Notes under the pieces: generated by a model
Database searches by the model: none
Seen by the model: the letters and a program-made list of their open reading frames with translations, nothing else
What the model was told of the DNA's origin: nothing
Assembly: GCF_004010195.1 (NCBI RefSeq)
Contig: NC_057754.1
Span: forward strand, 13,628,364 to 13,660,452
Direction: 5' to 3'
Length of the DNA: 32,089 nt
Source: Chiloscyllium plagiosum
Lineage: Eukaryota
Position numbers and translations under genes: made by a program
Shown here: piece by piece, positions 1-10,269 of the stretch
Position numbering within the stretch: the first letter of the stretch is position 1
Layout of the letters: each line of letters starts with the position of its first letter

Positions 1-637
1 CCAAAGTGCTCACCTACGTCTAATTCTAACACCTGGCCTGGTTCGTTACCCAGAACCAAATCCAGTATGGCCTCACCTCTTGTTGGCCTGTCTACATATT
101 GTGTCAGGAAACTCTCCTGCACACATTGAACAAACACTGACCCATCTAACGAACTTGAGCTATAGCTTTCCCAATCAATATCAGGTAAGTTAAAGTCCCC
201 CATAACAACCACCCTATTACTGTCACTCATCTCCTGGATCACCTTCCCTATCCTTTCTTCAATGATTCTAGGACTATTAGGAGGCCTGTAAAAAACTCCT
301 AACAGGGTGAGCTCACCTTTCCTATTCCTAACCTCAGCCCAAACTACCTCAGATGGCAAGTCCTCATCCATCGTCCTTTCCACCACTGTAATACTATCTT
401 TGACAAGCAATGCCACACCTCCCCCTCTTTTACCCCCACCTCTGCCCCTTCTAAAACATTTAAATCCTGGAACCTGCAATCCTGTCCCTGTTCTAGCCAT
501 GTCTCCGTAATAGCCACAACATCGAAGTCCCAGGTACCAACCCACGCTGCAAGTTCACCTACCTTATTTCGTATACTTCTTGCATTGAAGTATACACACT
601 TCAAGCCACTTTCCTGTTTACAGGCACCCTCCTTGGA
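1..637 (-). mobile_element. CR1-clade LINE fragment, start of ORF2 (APE endonuclease domain)
   Basis: Minus-strand translation KCVYFNARSIRNKVGELAAWVGTWDFDVVAITETWL matches the N-terminus of CR1 APE endonucleases. The GDFNL motif lies at ~190-200 and LDLVLGNE at ~45-70. Frameshifted. Confidence 0.9.
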
Positions 638-2068
638 AGTTGGGAGGTATGTCGGTCCATGATGGTAATAGTACAGTGGGAGGGATGTCGTTCCGTGATG
701 GTTACTTTACAGTGGGAGGTACGTCGGGCCGTGATGGTTCCTGTACAGTGGGAGGTATGTCGGGCCGTGATGGTTACTGTACAGTGGGAGGTATGTCGGG
801 CCGTGATGGTTACTATACAGTGGGAGGTATGTCGGGCAGTGATAGTTACTGTACAGTGAGAGGTATGTCAGGCCGTGATGGTTAATGTACAGTGAGAGGT
901 ACGTCGGGCCGTGATGGTTACTGTACAGTGGGAGGTATGTCGTGCCGTGATGGTTACTGTACAGTGGGAGGTATGTCGGGCCGTGATGGTTACTGTACAA
1001 TGTGAGGAATGTCAGGCCGTGATGGTTACTGTTCTGTAGGAGGGATGTCGGGCCGTGATGGTCACTGTACAGTGGGAGGTATGTCGGGCTGTGATGGATA
1101 CTGTACAGTGGGAGGTATGTTGGGCTGTGATGGTTACTGTACAGTGGGAGTTATGTCGGGCTGTGATGGTTACTGTACAATGGGAGGTATGTTGGGCTGT
1201 GACGGTTACTGTACAGTGGGAGGTATATCTGGCCGTGATGGTTACTGTACAGTGCGAGGTATGTCAGGCCGTGATGGTTACTGTACAATGGGAGGTATGT
1301 CGGGCTTTGATTGTTACTGTACAGTGGGAGGTATGTCTGGCCGTGATGGTTACTGTACAGTGGGAGGTATGTCAGGCCATGATGGTTACTGTGCAGTGGG
1401 AGGTACGTCAGGCCGTGATGATTACTGTATAATGGGAGGGATGTCGGGCTGTGATGGTTACTGTACAGTGGGAGGTATGACTGGCCTTGATGGTTACTGT
1501 AAAATAGGAGGTATTGTGGGCCGTGACGGTTGCTGTACAGTGGGAGGTATGTCGTGCCGTGATGGTTACTGTAATGTGGGAGCTATGTCGTGCCGTGATG
1601 GTTACTGTACAGTGGGAGGTCTGTCCAGGCAGTGACGGTTACTGTACAGTGGGAGAGATGTCCGGGCCGTGATGGTTTCTGTACAGTGGAGGGATGTCCG
1701 GGCCGTGATGGTTTCTGTACAGTGGGAGGGATGTCCGGGCCGTGATGGTTTCTGTACAGTGGGAGGTATGTCAGGCCGTGATGGTTAGTGTACTGTGCGA
1801 GGTATGTCGGGCCGTGACAGTTCCTGTACAGTGGGAGGAATGTCGGGCCTTGGTGGTTACTATACAGTGGGAGGTATGTCTGGCCGTGATGATTACTGTA
1901 CAGTGGGAGGGATGTCCGGGCCGTGATGGTTACTGTACAGTGGGAGGAATGTCGTGCCGTGATGGTTACTGTACTGTGGGAGGTATGTCGGACCGAAATG
2001 GTTTCTGTACAGTGGGAGATGTGTTGGACTGTGACGGTTATTGTCCAGTGGGAGGTATGTTGGGCTGT
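638..2068. repeat. 36-bp minisatellite, ~40 copies, consensus GTGGGAGGTATGTCGGGCCGTGATGGTTACTGTACA
   Basis: Tandem periodicity is directly visible and produces the 12-aa periodic ORFs (VGGMSGRDGYCT, WEVCRAVMVTVQ, LYSNHHGPTYLP). Confidence 0.97.
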
Positions 2069-2069
2069 C

Positions 2070-2580
2070 AAGTTTCAGACTTTAAAAGTTGTACCAAGTA
2101 TGATTCTGCTGCTGCCGATGGCCCATTGCATCTTATAGACACATAATAATTTGTTGCTCAATCTGTTCAAAGTCTGTCCCATTCATTACCCAGGAGACTA
2201 TATATCATGATGAGGAGGGTCTGCAAAATGTGAAGATAGCGCTTGCTCCCCATTGTGCAGTGACCATTCTTACCGATATATGAAATGGAGAGGTGTATCT
2301 GCAGCAGGCAGATCGGGGGCAATATGGTCCATTATATGGTTCCCTTTTATTGATTCCCTCATAACCTGCCGCAGAGCAGTCTAGCAGCCAATGAATCCAG
2401 CATCAATATTGACTATATACCAAGGAGTTGTTCCCCTCTGCCTGACTGTGTCCTGGCAGTTGGGACAGAACCTACTAGAGAGGATGGCGATGTTGCTTGG
2501 GACATAGTTCTGTTCACAAAAAGCTGCTTTACAGACAATATCTGACTGTTGCTTGATTAGTCTGTGGGAAATATACAACA
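2070..2580 (-). mobile_element. Decayed fragment of the second LINE family (CR1/L2 group), endonuclease region
   Basis: Loosely similar to 6990-7400 (e.g. attctgctgctg, aagtctgtcc, tctgcagcaggcag, tccctc...cagtctagcagc). Recognised by eye. Confidence 0.55.
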
Positions 2581-3605
2581 GATCACTTTTACATTTTGTA
2601 TACAATGAAGAGTTAATATCACTTTGTTTATTACATATTTTAAAATAAACCAAACATCATTGTTTTTCAGTTGAAAACAATTGAAGTGAACAATAATTGA
2701 ATTACCAGAGCACACAGCTAACTATTACCGAAATCAGTGAATCTAGTAAACAGCTGATTCATGTTCAGATCAGTGAACATACAATCTTGCAGGCAGAAAA
2801 GCTGTTGGAAATGACTTTGAGACAAAGCCTGAATTCAGACACAGTGTTATTGGGCCTCACCATGACCTCCAAAACAAGAGACATCTCCATAATCTGTCCA
2901 GAGAGCTTCCAAACTGAAGCTGGGCAGTTACTCACACAATCCCTCGCACTAGACTGGTTAGAGATATACCTAAACAGCAGGGAGATGTGTGTGGGGCAGA
3001 CTGGTCAATGGACTAACACATAGCGCTGGTTCAGATGCAGATCAACAGTTGCAACAATGACCTGTAAACAACCATGTCTTGCAAATTTATCTCTACTGCT
3101 GTAATTCTGCACCTTGGACCCTATCCTGAATGAAGGCGTGATAAAGATGATGGGCTCCTGCAGCACATGGCATCTTACATTGAATCCCTCATAAACCATA
3201 TCCAGTGTATGTTAGCTCCACAATGTCAGTATCCAAACAGAATTGTACAGCTCCTTTGATGGACGGTATGATCCCAACCCAACGACTTGTGTGTGACTTG
3301 AACTGGAAATCTCTGTATAAATGTTTGCAGCATTGTTCTAAACATTAACAGCAAAGTCTCTTTCCTAAAAGTCTGATAACCTTTCATAATACCAACTTTT
3401 AGATTGTCCAATAAGCACAAAATCCTCCCATTTATTCTGTTCACTTTTATAACAACAATATGATGAAAACAGTGCACAACTCATAGTAAGGTGCATTGAC
3501 ATAATGAGTCTCATTCCCACAACCAAGACCACATTATTATTAAGTAGAAGGACTTTGAAAATATACAATTATTTTTCCCACGTATTAATATTGTGAACTA
3601 ATAAT

Positions 3606-3708
3606 CGACTCTCCTGTTCCTCAGATGCTGCCTGATCGGCTGTGTTTTTTTTTCAGTACCTCACTTTTTGACTCTGATCTCCAGCATCTGCAGTCCTCAC
3701 TTTCCCCC
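3606..3708. mobile_element. Short interspersed repeat, probably a Penelope-like pseudo-LTR fragment (family 2)
   Basis: gactctcctg...gatgctgcctga...tccagcatctgcagtcctcacttt is the reverse complement of the repeat at 10003-10130, 4598-4689 and 20589-20683. Confidence 0.65.
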
Positions 3709-3784
3709 TGCTAATATTCACTCATAATCATTTTCGTGGCAACAATATCACTGTATGTTTAAACATGTTAGTCAGCTTTGAGTT

Positions 3785-3995
3785 TATTTCCAATTGTCAT
3801 GTCTGTCTCAGAGCTCAGTAATGTGGGATGTGAATATCAGTGTCTGTGTGATGCTCGGTATGCAGGTCATGCCTCTGAGGGACTGTCCAATTGTTTCAAA
3901 GAGCATATTTCTTCAGCTGTTCGCAACAAATATGTTACTGCCTGGACCCAACCAGCCTGAGCTCACGAATCCCAAAGCACAGTGCCTAGCATTGG
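3785..3995 (+). mobile_element. Old Penelope-like element, degenerate GIY-YIG endonuclease fragment
   Basis: SNVGCEYQCLCDARYAGHASEGLSNCFKEH fits the PLE pattern SNVVYxxxCxCxxxYVGxTxxxLxxRxKEH. Confidence 0.6.
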
Positions 3996-5224
3996 GCAGG
4001 TCTGGACAATATTTTTCATGCTAATTTATTCATGGAATATGATAAGGGCAGTATTTATTGCCTGTCCCTTGTTGCCCTTGAAAAGGTGGGAGTGAGCTGT
4101 CACATTGACCCGCTGCAGCCCATGTGCTGTAGGTAGATGTACAATACCATTAGGGAGGAAGTTGAAACAGTGACACTGAAGGAACGGCAATATACTTCCA
4201 AATCAGGACGGTAGATGGCTCGGATTAGAACGCGAACATGGTGGTCCCATGTATCTGCTTCCCTTGCCCTTCTTGATGGTCGTGGTTTCAGAGGTACGTT
4301 GTAAAGAGCTTTGGTAAATTTCTGCAGAGCATCGTGGAGATGGCAGACATGCTGCTACTGAATGTCAGTGGGTGAGGGGTGAAGCTGCACTCACACACAG
4401 GCAAATGGAATTAGTTAATCACACGCACATTCAACATGAGTCTTATAGATTTGAGACAGGCTTTCGAAAATTTTGAGGTGAGTCATGCTTGTAGGATTTC
4501 TAGCCCCTGACATATTCTTGTAGCTTCTGGATTACTGGTGCTGGAAGAACACAGCAGTTCAGGCAGCATCCAAGGAGTATCCAATGAATTAGTATGTGTC
4601 AAAGTGTGGTGCTGGGAAAGCACAACAGACCAGGCAGCATCTGAGATTCAGGAGAGTCGACGTTTTAGCATAAGCCCTACACAGGAATGGGTAATGAAAT
4701 TATATGGTCAGTCCAGTTCTGGTTAACGGTAATCCCCGGGATATTGCTAGGTGGGTGTTCAGTGATGGTGATGGCATTGACCGTTAGAGGATATGGTACA
4801 CTTTTCTATTGTTAGAGGTCTTCGTTGTCTGGCACGTGTATTATGGAAATTGTACTTGTCACTGTTAAGCACACAACTGCATAGTTCCAGGACCAGATAC
4901 ATGGGACCACCATATTCGCGTTCCAATCCGAGCTATCTACCGTCCTGATTTGGAAGTATATTGCCGTTCCTTCAGTGTCACTGTTTCAACGTCCTCCCTA
5001 ATGGTATTGTACATCTACCTACAGCACATGGGCTGCAGCGGGTCAAAGTGACAGCTCACCCCCACCTTCTCAAGGGCAACAAGGGACAGGCAATAAATAC
5101 TGCCCTTATCATATTCCATGAATAAATTAGCATGAAAAATATTGTCCAGACCTGCCCAATGCTAGGCACTGTGCTTTGGGTTTCGTGAACTCAGGCTGGT
5201 TGGGTCCAGGCAGTAACATATTTG
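3927..5224. repeat. Inverted duplication, arms 3927-4257 and 4894-5224 (331 bp, ~9 mismatches)
   Basis: Manual alignment of arm 1 against the reverse complement of arm 2 is ungapped and ~97% identical. Confidence 0.95.
4537..4689. mobile_element. Two short family-2 pseudo-LTR-like fragments nested in the LINE
   Basis: tggtgctggaagaacacagcagttcaggcagcatcc (4537-4571) matches 20632-20667, and 4598-4689 matches 10040-10130. Contains a degenerate antisense hammerhead-like core. Confidence 0.65.
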
Positions 5225-5524
5225 GGTTGGGTCCAGGCAGTAACATACCTGCATTTGCATAAGGACTGCTTCAGTATCTGAGTAATTCACAAATGGTGTT
5301 GAACACTGTCCAATCATTGGCAAACATCCCCAGTTGTGATTTTATAGTCATTTATGAAGCAGCTGAAAATTATTGGGCCTAGGGCAGAGAGCACTCTTAT
5401 AGCTCACTGATACTGTCTCTCTCTCTCTGGGTTAGGAAGCTTGCTTCCAGTTCCACCTGCTCCAGCGGTGTCTAACAACATATCTGAACAGGATAATGTT
5501 ACAGTATCTTCTCCAAGGCGCTGA

Positions 5525-5760
5525 GCGAGGACGTGGGTAGTTCAATCAGTTGGATGGCTAGTTTGTAATGCAGATTAATGCCAACAGTGTGGGTTCAATT
5601 CTGCACTGACTGAGGTGTCTGAAAAGGGCTGTCCTACTCAACCTCTCCATTGCTTGAGGCATGATGACTGTCCAGTTAAACTACCACTAGTCGCATCTGT
5701 CTAACAAGAGAACAACCCTATCATCCTGTTGGGGTATGGTGCCCTGCATTTCCATTTCTG
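5525..5760 (+). mobile_element. tRNA-derived SINE (decayed)
   Basis: A-box-like gtagttcaatcagttgg (~5537) and B-box-like gggttcaattct (5591). It interrupts the collinear LINE RT sequence. Confidence 0.55.
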
Positions 5761-6368
5761 GTTTACAGGTTTGCTCAGAAACCCTCCCCTCCCCAGGGTT
5801 TCCCTCCCCTCCCCAACCCCAGCCATCTTCCTTTGTATCAGGTATAACTTCAGCCAGTGCAGACGATTCATATTTACTGCAGTTTTGCTGTTCATCCAGG
5901 ATATGACACTTGGTCAAATGCAGTTATGATGATGTTAAGTGCAGTCACTGTCACTTCACCTCTAGAGTTCAGCAGTGTGTTCTCTTGTTGTACATTATTA
6001 AACCAAGGCTTCAATGTGCCAAGGGATGAGAGCCCAAACTGAGCTTCAGTGAGCAGGTTGGAGCTGAGGCAGTGCTGTTTGATCACACTGAAGATGACAT
6101 TTTCCATCGCTTTATTAATATTGGGAATTAGAGCAATGGAACAGTCATTGATTGTCTGATGTTTGGTCTGTGTGTGTACAGGACACACCCTGATAGTTTC
6201 CCACATTGTCAGGTAGGAGCCAGTGCTGTATCCCAGCGGGAAAAGCTTGAATGGAATGTTGTCAGTGCCCACAGCCTTTGCAATCCCCATCCCTCCAGCC
6301 ATTTGGATTTACCACACACAGTGAATAGACTTAGCTGATAACTGCCATCTGGAGAAGACTAAAATAGA

Positions 6369-6594
6369 GTAAAGTTAAAAATCACACAACAGCAGGTTAT
6401 AGTCCAACAGGTTTAATTGGAAGCACACTAGATTTCGGAGCGAAGCTCCTTCATCAGGTGATTGTCAGTCACCTGATGAAGGAGCGTCGCTCCGAAAGCT
6501 AGTGTGCTTCCAATTAAACCTGTTCGACTATAACCTGGTGTTGTGTGATTTTTAACTTTGTACACCCCAGTCCAATACCGGCATCTCCGAATCA
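6369..6594. mobile_element. Fold-back element (Penelope-like pseudo-LTR plus inverted copy), copy 1
   Basis: Near-perfect palindrome 6371-6559 centred at 6465, with a 35-bp overhang at 6560-6594. Flanked by the direct repeat TAAAATAGA (6360-6368 and 6595-6603). Confidence 0.85.
6470..6504 (+). ncRNA. Minimal hammerhead ribozyme motif (PLE type)
   Basis: CAC-CTGATGA-A-GGAGC gtc GCTCC-GAAA-GCTA-GTG. This gives the core CUGAUGA, a 5-bp stem II, GAAA, a palindromic AGCU stem III, a CUA triplet and a 3-bp stem I (CAC/GUG). A mutated antisense copy lies at 6426-6460. Confidence 0.7.
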
Positions 6595-7114
6595 TAAAAT
6601 AGATCATGCATCGACACTTCGCTCTGAACATTATTGTGAATGCTTCAGCCTTAGATTTCTATTGTTGTACTGGGCCTTTTCGTCATTGAGGAAAGCGATA
6701 TTTGTGGATCCTACTCCTCCAGTGAGTTGTTTGATTGACCACATAATTCACGCTGATTGCATGCGACAGGATTGTAAAATTTAGTTCTGATTTGTTGGTT
6801 AGATCTGTCTGTGACTGGCTGTTTACGTTATTTGGTGAGTAAGTGGTCCTGTTTGGTAACATCACCTCATTGTAAGGTATACCTGATGCTGCCCTTGACC
6901 GGTCCTCCTGTGTTCCTCATAGAACAATGGTTTATCCCCTGGCCTGATGGTCCGGGTAGAGTGGAGCTTATGCCAGGCAGTGACAGTGAAAATTGTGCTA
7001 GAGTACAATTCTGCTGCTATTGGCAATGATCCGAATCACCTCACACAGGCCAATGCTGAGTTCTAGATCTCTTTGAAGTCTGTCCAGTTTAGCATTCTGA
7101 TAGTATCTCTCATA

Positions 7115-7167
7115 TGTGCGCTCATGCGTACGCACACACAGACACACGCACGCACATGCACACACAC
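7115..7167. repeat. Imperfect (CA)n/(CG) microsatellite
   Basis: Alternating purine-pyrimidine tract, gcgtacgcacacacagacacacgcacgcacatgcacacacac. Confidence 0.8.
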
Positions 7168-8079
7168 TATTGACAATGTGAAAGTGGGACTTTCGCTACA
7201 GAAATGCTGAATGGCCTGTCACCATTCCCAATATGGTCCTCGATCAATGTGTCTGCAACTGGTAGTTTAGTGAGGATGAGGTCAAGTATGTTTCTCCCTG
7301 TCAGTCGTTCCCTCCCGATCCGGTGCAGCCCCAGTCCAGCAGCTATGTCCTTTTGGATCCGACCATCTCGATCAATAATGCTGTTGCTGAGACCCTCTTG
7401 GGGGTGGGTTTGAAATAGCCCACCCAGTATACATTCTCCAGCTCAATCACTCTGTCAGTGCGTCCTCCAAGTGTTGTTCAATGCGAAGGGACACTGATCC
7501 ATCAGCTGAGGGAAGGGAGTCAGCAAGAGGTTCCGTGTCAGTGTTTGATCTGACACCATGAGGTTTCGTTATGTCACATTGTTGTTTGAGGAATGCCTCT
7601 CTCACATCTCGCCTTAGCCCCCAGACATAAGGAAGAAGGGATTTCCAGTGTCTGCAGTGCTTTTATTTTTTGTCAATATCAATCTAATGGCCTCTTCTGT
7701 ACTGTATGACACTCACTCTATGACTCTTGAGATTGGACAGACCAGGTCTCACTTCTTCAGTTCCTCCAAGTGCCTTGTCTATTCCACACTTTTCTACACT
7801 ATTTAACCTATTAAGACATTGCATAATTCGGTTTTTAAACTATCGACGTGTATCTCTTTATCTTTCTGTGTCATCTCCTCCAGCCGCTACATCCATTTGT
7901 ATCTCCACAATCTTTATCTCATACTACAGCCCCATCTTGCACTGTAAATTCCGCCAGACCCTACACCACTCCCTATCTCTCTAATATCCAGCTGCTTCGC
8001 CTTTCCCCATATCCTGTGAATGAATTATAAAATATCTCAATAACATGTTCTAGCATGGACAGGCCACGATATCTCTCGA

Positions 8080-8260
8080 CCATCTCCAGCCTTGCTTTTG
8101 CATCTCTGTAACATCTCCAGTCCATCTCCATTTTGCACCTTCTAGCCCCTCCTCCAGTCATAGGAAAGCAAGGTGGAGATGTTACAGAGAGAGGAAAGCA
8201 AGGCTGAAGATGTTACAGAGAGAGAGGAAAGCAAAGCTGAGATATCACAGGGACAGAGCA
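8080..8260. repeat. ~30-bp minisatellite units (CTCTCTGTAACATCTCCAGCCTTGCTTTC) in both orientations
   Basis: Forward units at ~8080-8125 and reverse-complement units at 8162-8260. Same unit as 9096-9347. Confidence 0.8.
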
Positions 8261-8918
8261 AGTTTGCGGATGATACGAAAGTCGGAGGAGTTGTTGACAG
8301 TGAGGAAGGATGTGGCAGTTTACAGCAGGATATAGAGAAGCTGCAGAGCTGGGCAGAAAGGTGGCAAATGGAATTCAATGTAGCTAAATGTGAGGTGATT
8401 CACTTTGGGAAGAATAACAAAAAGATGGGGTACTGGGCGAATGGTCGGATACTTGGTAGTGTGGATGAGCAGAGGGATCTTGGTGCCCATATACACAGAT
8501 CTTTGAAAGTTGCCAGCCAGGTAAATAGTGCGGTGAAGAAGGCATATGGCGTACTGGCTTTTTATTGGTAGAGGAATTGAGTTCCGGAGTCCTGAGATCA
8601 TGTTGCAGTTGTATAAGACTCCGGTGCGGCCGCACCTGGAGTCTTGTGTGCAGTTTTGGTCGCCATACTATAGGAATGATGTGGAGGCACTGGAACGGGT
8701 GCAGAGGAGGTTTACCAGGATGTTGCCTGGTATGGTAGGAAGATCGTATGAGGAAATGCTGAGGCACTTGGGGTTGTTTTCATTGGAGAAAAGAAGGTTT
8801 AGGGGTGACTTGATAGATGTGTGCAAGATGATTAGGGGTTTTGATAGGGTTGACCGTGAGAAACTTTTTCCACGTATGGAGTCAGCTATTACGAGGGGGC
8901 ATAGCTTTAAATTAAGGG
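8258..8918 (+). mobile_element. CR1 LINE, RT C-terminal part, runs into a gap
   Basis: [42 protein letters not shown] and VRPHLESCVQFWSPYY..LERVQRRFTRMLPG. One frameshift near 8560. Confidence 0.95.
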
Positions 8919-9095
8919 NNNNNNNNNNNNNNNNNNNNNNNNNNNNNNNNNNNNNNNNNNNNNNNNNNNNNNNNNNNNNNNNNNNNNNNNNNNNNNNNNN
9001 NNNNNNNNNNNNNNNNNNNNNNNNNNNNNNNNNNNNNNNNNNNNNNNNNNNNNNNNNNNNNNNNNNNNNNNNNNNNNNNNNNNNNNNNNNNNNNN

Positions 9096-9347
9096 CTCTC
9101 CCTGTAACATCTCCAGCCTTGCTTTCCTCTCCCTGTAACATCTCCAGCCTTGCTTTCCTCTCTCTGTAACATCTCCAGCCTTGCTTTCCTATCTCTCTGT
9201 AACACCTCCTGCCTTGTTTTCCTCTCTCTTTAGCATCTCCAGCCTGCTTTCCTGTCTCTGTAACATCTCCAGCCTTGGCTTTCCTGTCTCTGTAACATTC
9301 CAACATTGCTTTCCTATCTCCCTGTAACATCTCCAGCCTGCTTTCCT
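9096..9347. repeat. ~30-32-bp minisatellite, ~8 copies visible
   Basis: Tandem ctctccctgtaacatctccagccttgctttc units start at the gap edge. Confidence 0.92.
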
Positions 9348-10002
9348 TCACACCTAAGTGAATTGGTTCTTACACACCTCAGTGAATTGGTTATATATTT
9401 GCTCCTGCATTTTCATCTTTCTGGGGTCTATAAAATATTTCAAGCAGTGTGTCTGTCATCGTTTGGGCCCTCAACTCGATCCAAAAAGCCTCATTTGAAG
9501 ACACGTCCAAGATATCGTCCCTCCTTACTACAGTAACTGTTCCTTAATTAACAATGCATCACCAGCTCCTCTTTAACACCCTCTCCTGTCCTGCCTATAG
9601 GTCCAGAACAACAGAATACTGAGTTGTTAGCCCTGACCTGCCTCAAACACGTCTCTGTGATGGCAAAAATATTCCACCTCCACATGTCAACTCATGCCAT
9701 TGTCACATCAGTCTGTCTGATAATATTCCCAGCATTATCGTAAGCTGGAATATAACACCTGGAATTCCCAGTACCTCGGAGTTCCTCATTCATTCACTAT
9801 TTGTTATCAGGCTGCCCGAACCATGAACCAACATTGTAACTCTGGGACTGAATGAATATTTGTTGAAGTGTAATTTCTTTTTTTAAAAAAGAATGTATTT
9901 ATCAAGTGCAACTTTCCAGAACTGAGCAGTCAGCTCCACATACAATGAGTTTCTGATGGTTAATTCCCTGCTCAGTGTGCAAAGGGGATATCCCTCGTTA
10001 AT

Positions 10003-10130
10003 GGAGAAACTGAGGACTGCAGTTGATGGGGATCAGAGTCGAAAGGTGTGGTACTGAAAAAGCACAGCAGGTCAGGCAGCAGCCGAGGAGCAGGAGAGTC
10101 GATAGTTCGGGTATGAGCTCTTTATCAGGA
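10003..10130. mobile_element. Family-2 pseudo-LTR-like repeat with decayed hammerhead core on the minus strand
   Basis: The minus strand reads CCTGATAAAGAGCTCATACCCGAACTATCGA, a degenerate CUGAUGA-stem II-GAAA motif. Homologous to 3606-3708 and 4598-4689. Confidence 0.6.
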
Positions 10131-10269
10131 AGGCATTGGTGCGTTCCTTTCTTTTTGATTTCATGATTTGCAGGACATTGGGAACCATACTTGCTCAGCA
10201 AGGCAACACTGTATATTGCACTGAAAAGGAAAGCAGTCAATCAATTGGTTGGACAGGGTGTAGACAGGT

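Larger units (their letters stand above)
4020..7640 (-). mobile_element. Decayed near-full ORF2 of a CR1/L2-group LINE (family distinct from the canonical CR1 copies), interrupted by several insertions
   Basis: Collinear on the minus strand: 3' end near 4020; RT motifs MFAND (~5320) and LGPIIFSCFIND (~5345-5385); RGEVTVTALNI..AFDQV (~5900-5965); IALIPNINKAMENVIFSVIKQHCLSSNLLTEAQFG (~6035-6140); endonuclease-like region ~7200-7600. Confidence 0.75.

Noticed and set aside
638..2068. CRISPR array or repeat protein (208-aa VGGMSGRDGYCT ORF)
   Set aside because: The units are contiguous with no unique spacers and there are no cas genes. The ORFs arise in several frames because the unit length is a multiple of 3, and the array has stops and 1-bp indels.
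2840..2880. V(D)J recombination signal (CACAGTG followed by an A-rich stretch ~22 bp away)
   Set aside because: The nonamer match is poor (about 5-6 of 9) and there is no YYC V-segment end or FGxG J motif. Other CACAGTG sites (~3978, 6317, 14615, 20481) also lack nonamers.
6369..6594. Classical DNA-transposon MITE or pre-miRNA
   Set aside because: The termini are asymmetric, TSD length varies between copies and hammerhead cores are present, all favouring a PLE origin. No miRNA evidence can be obtained from sequence alone.
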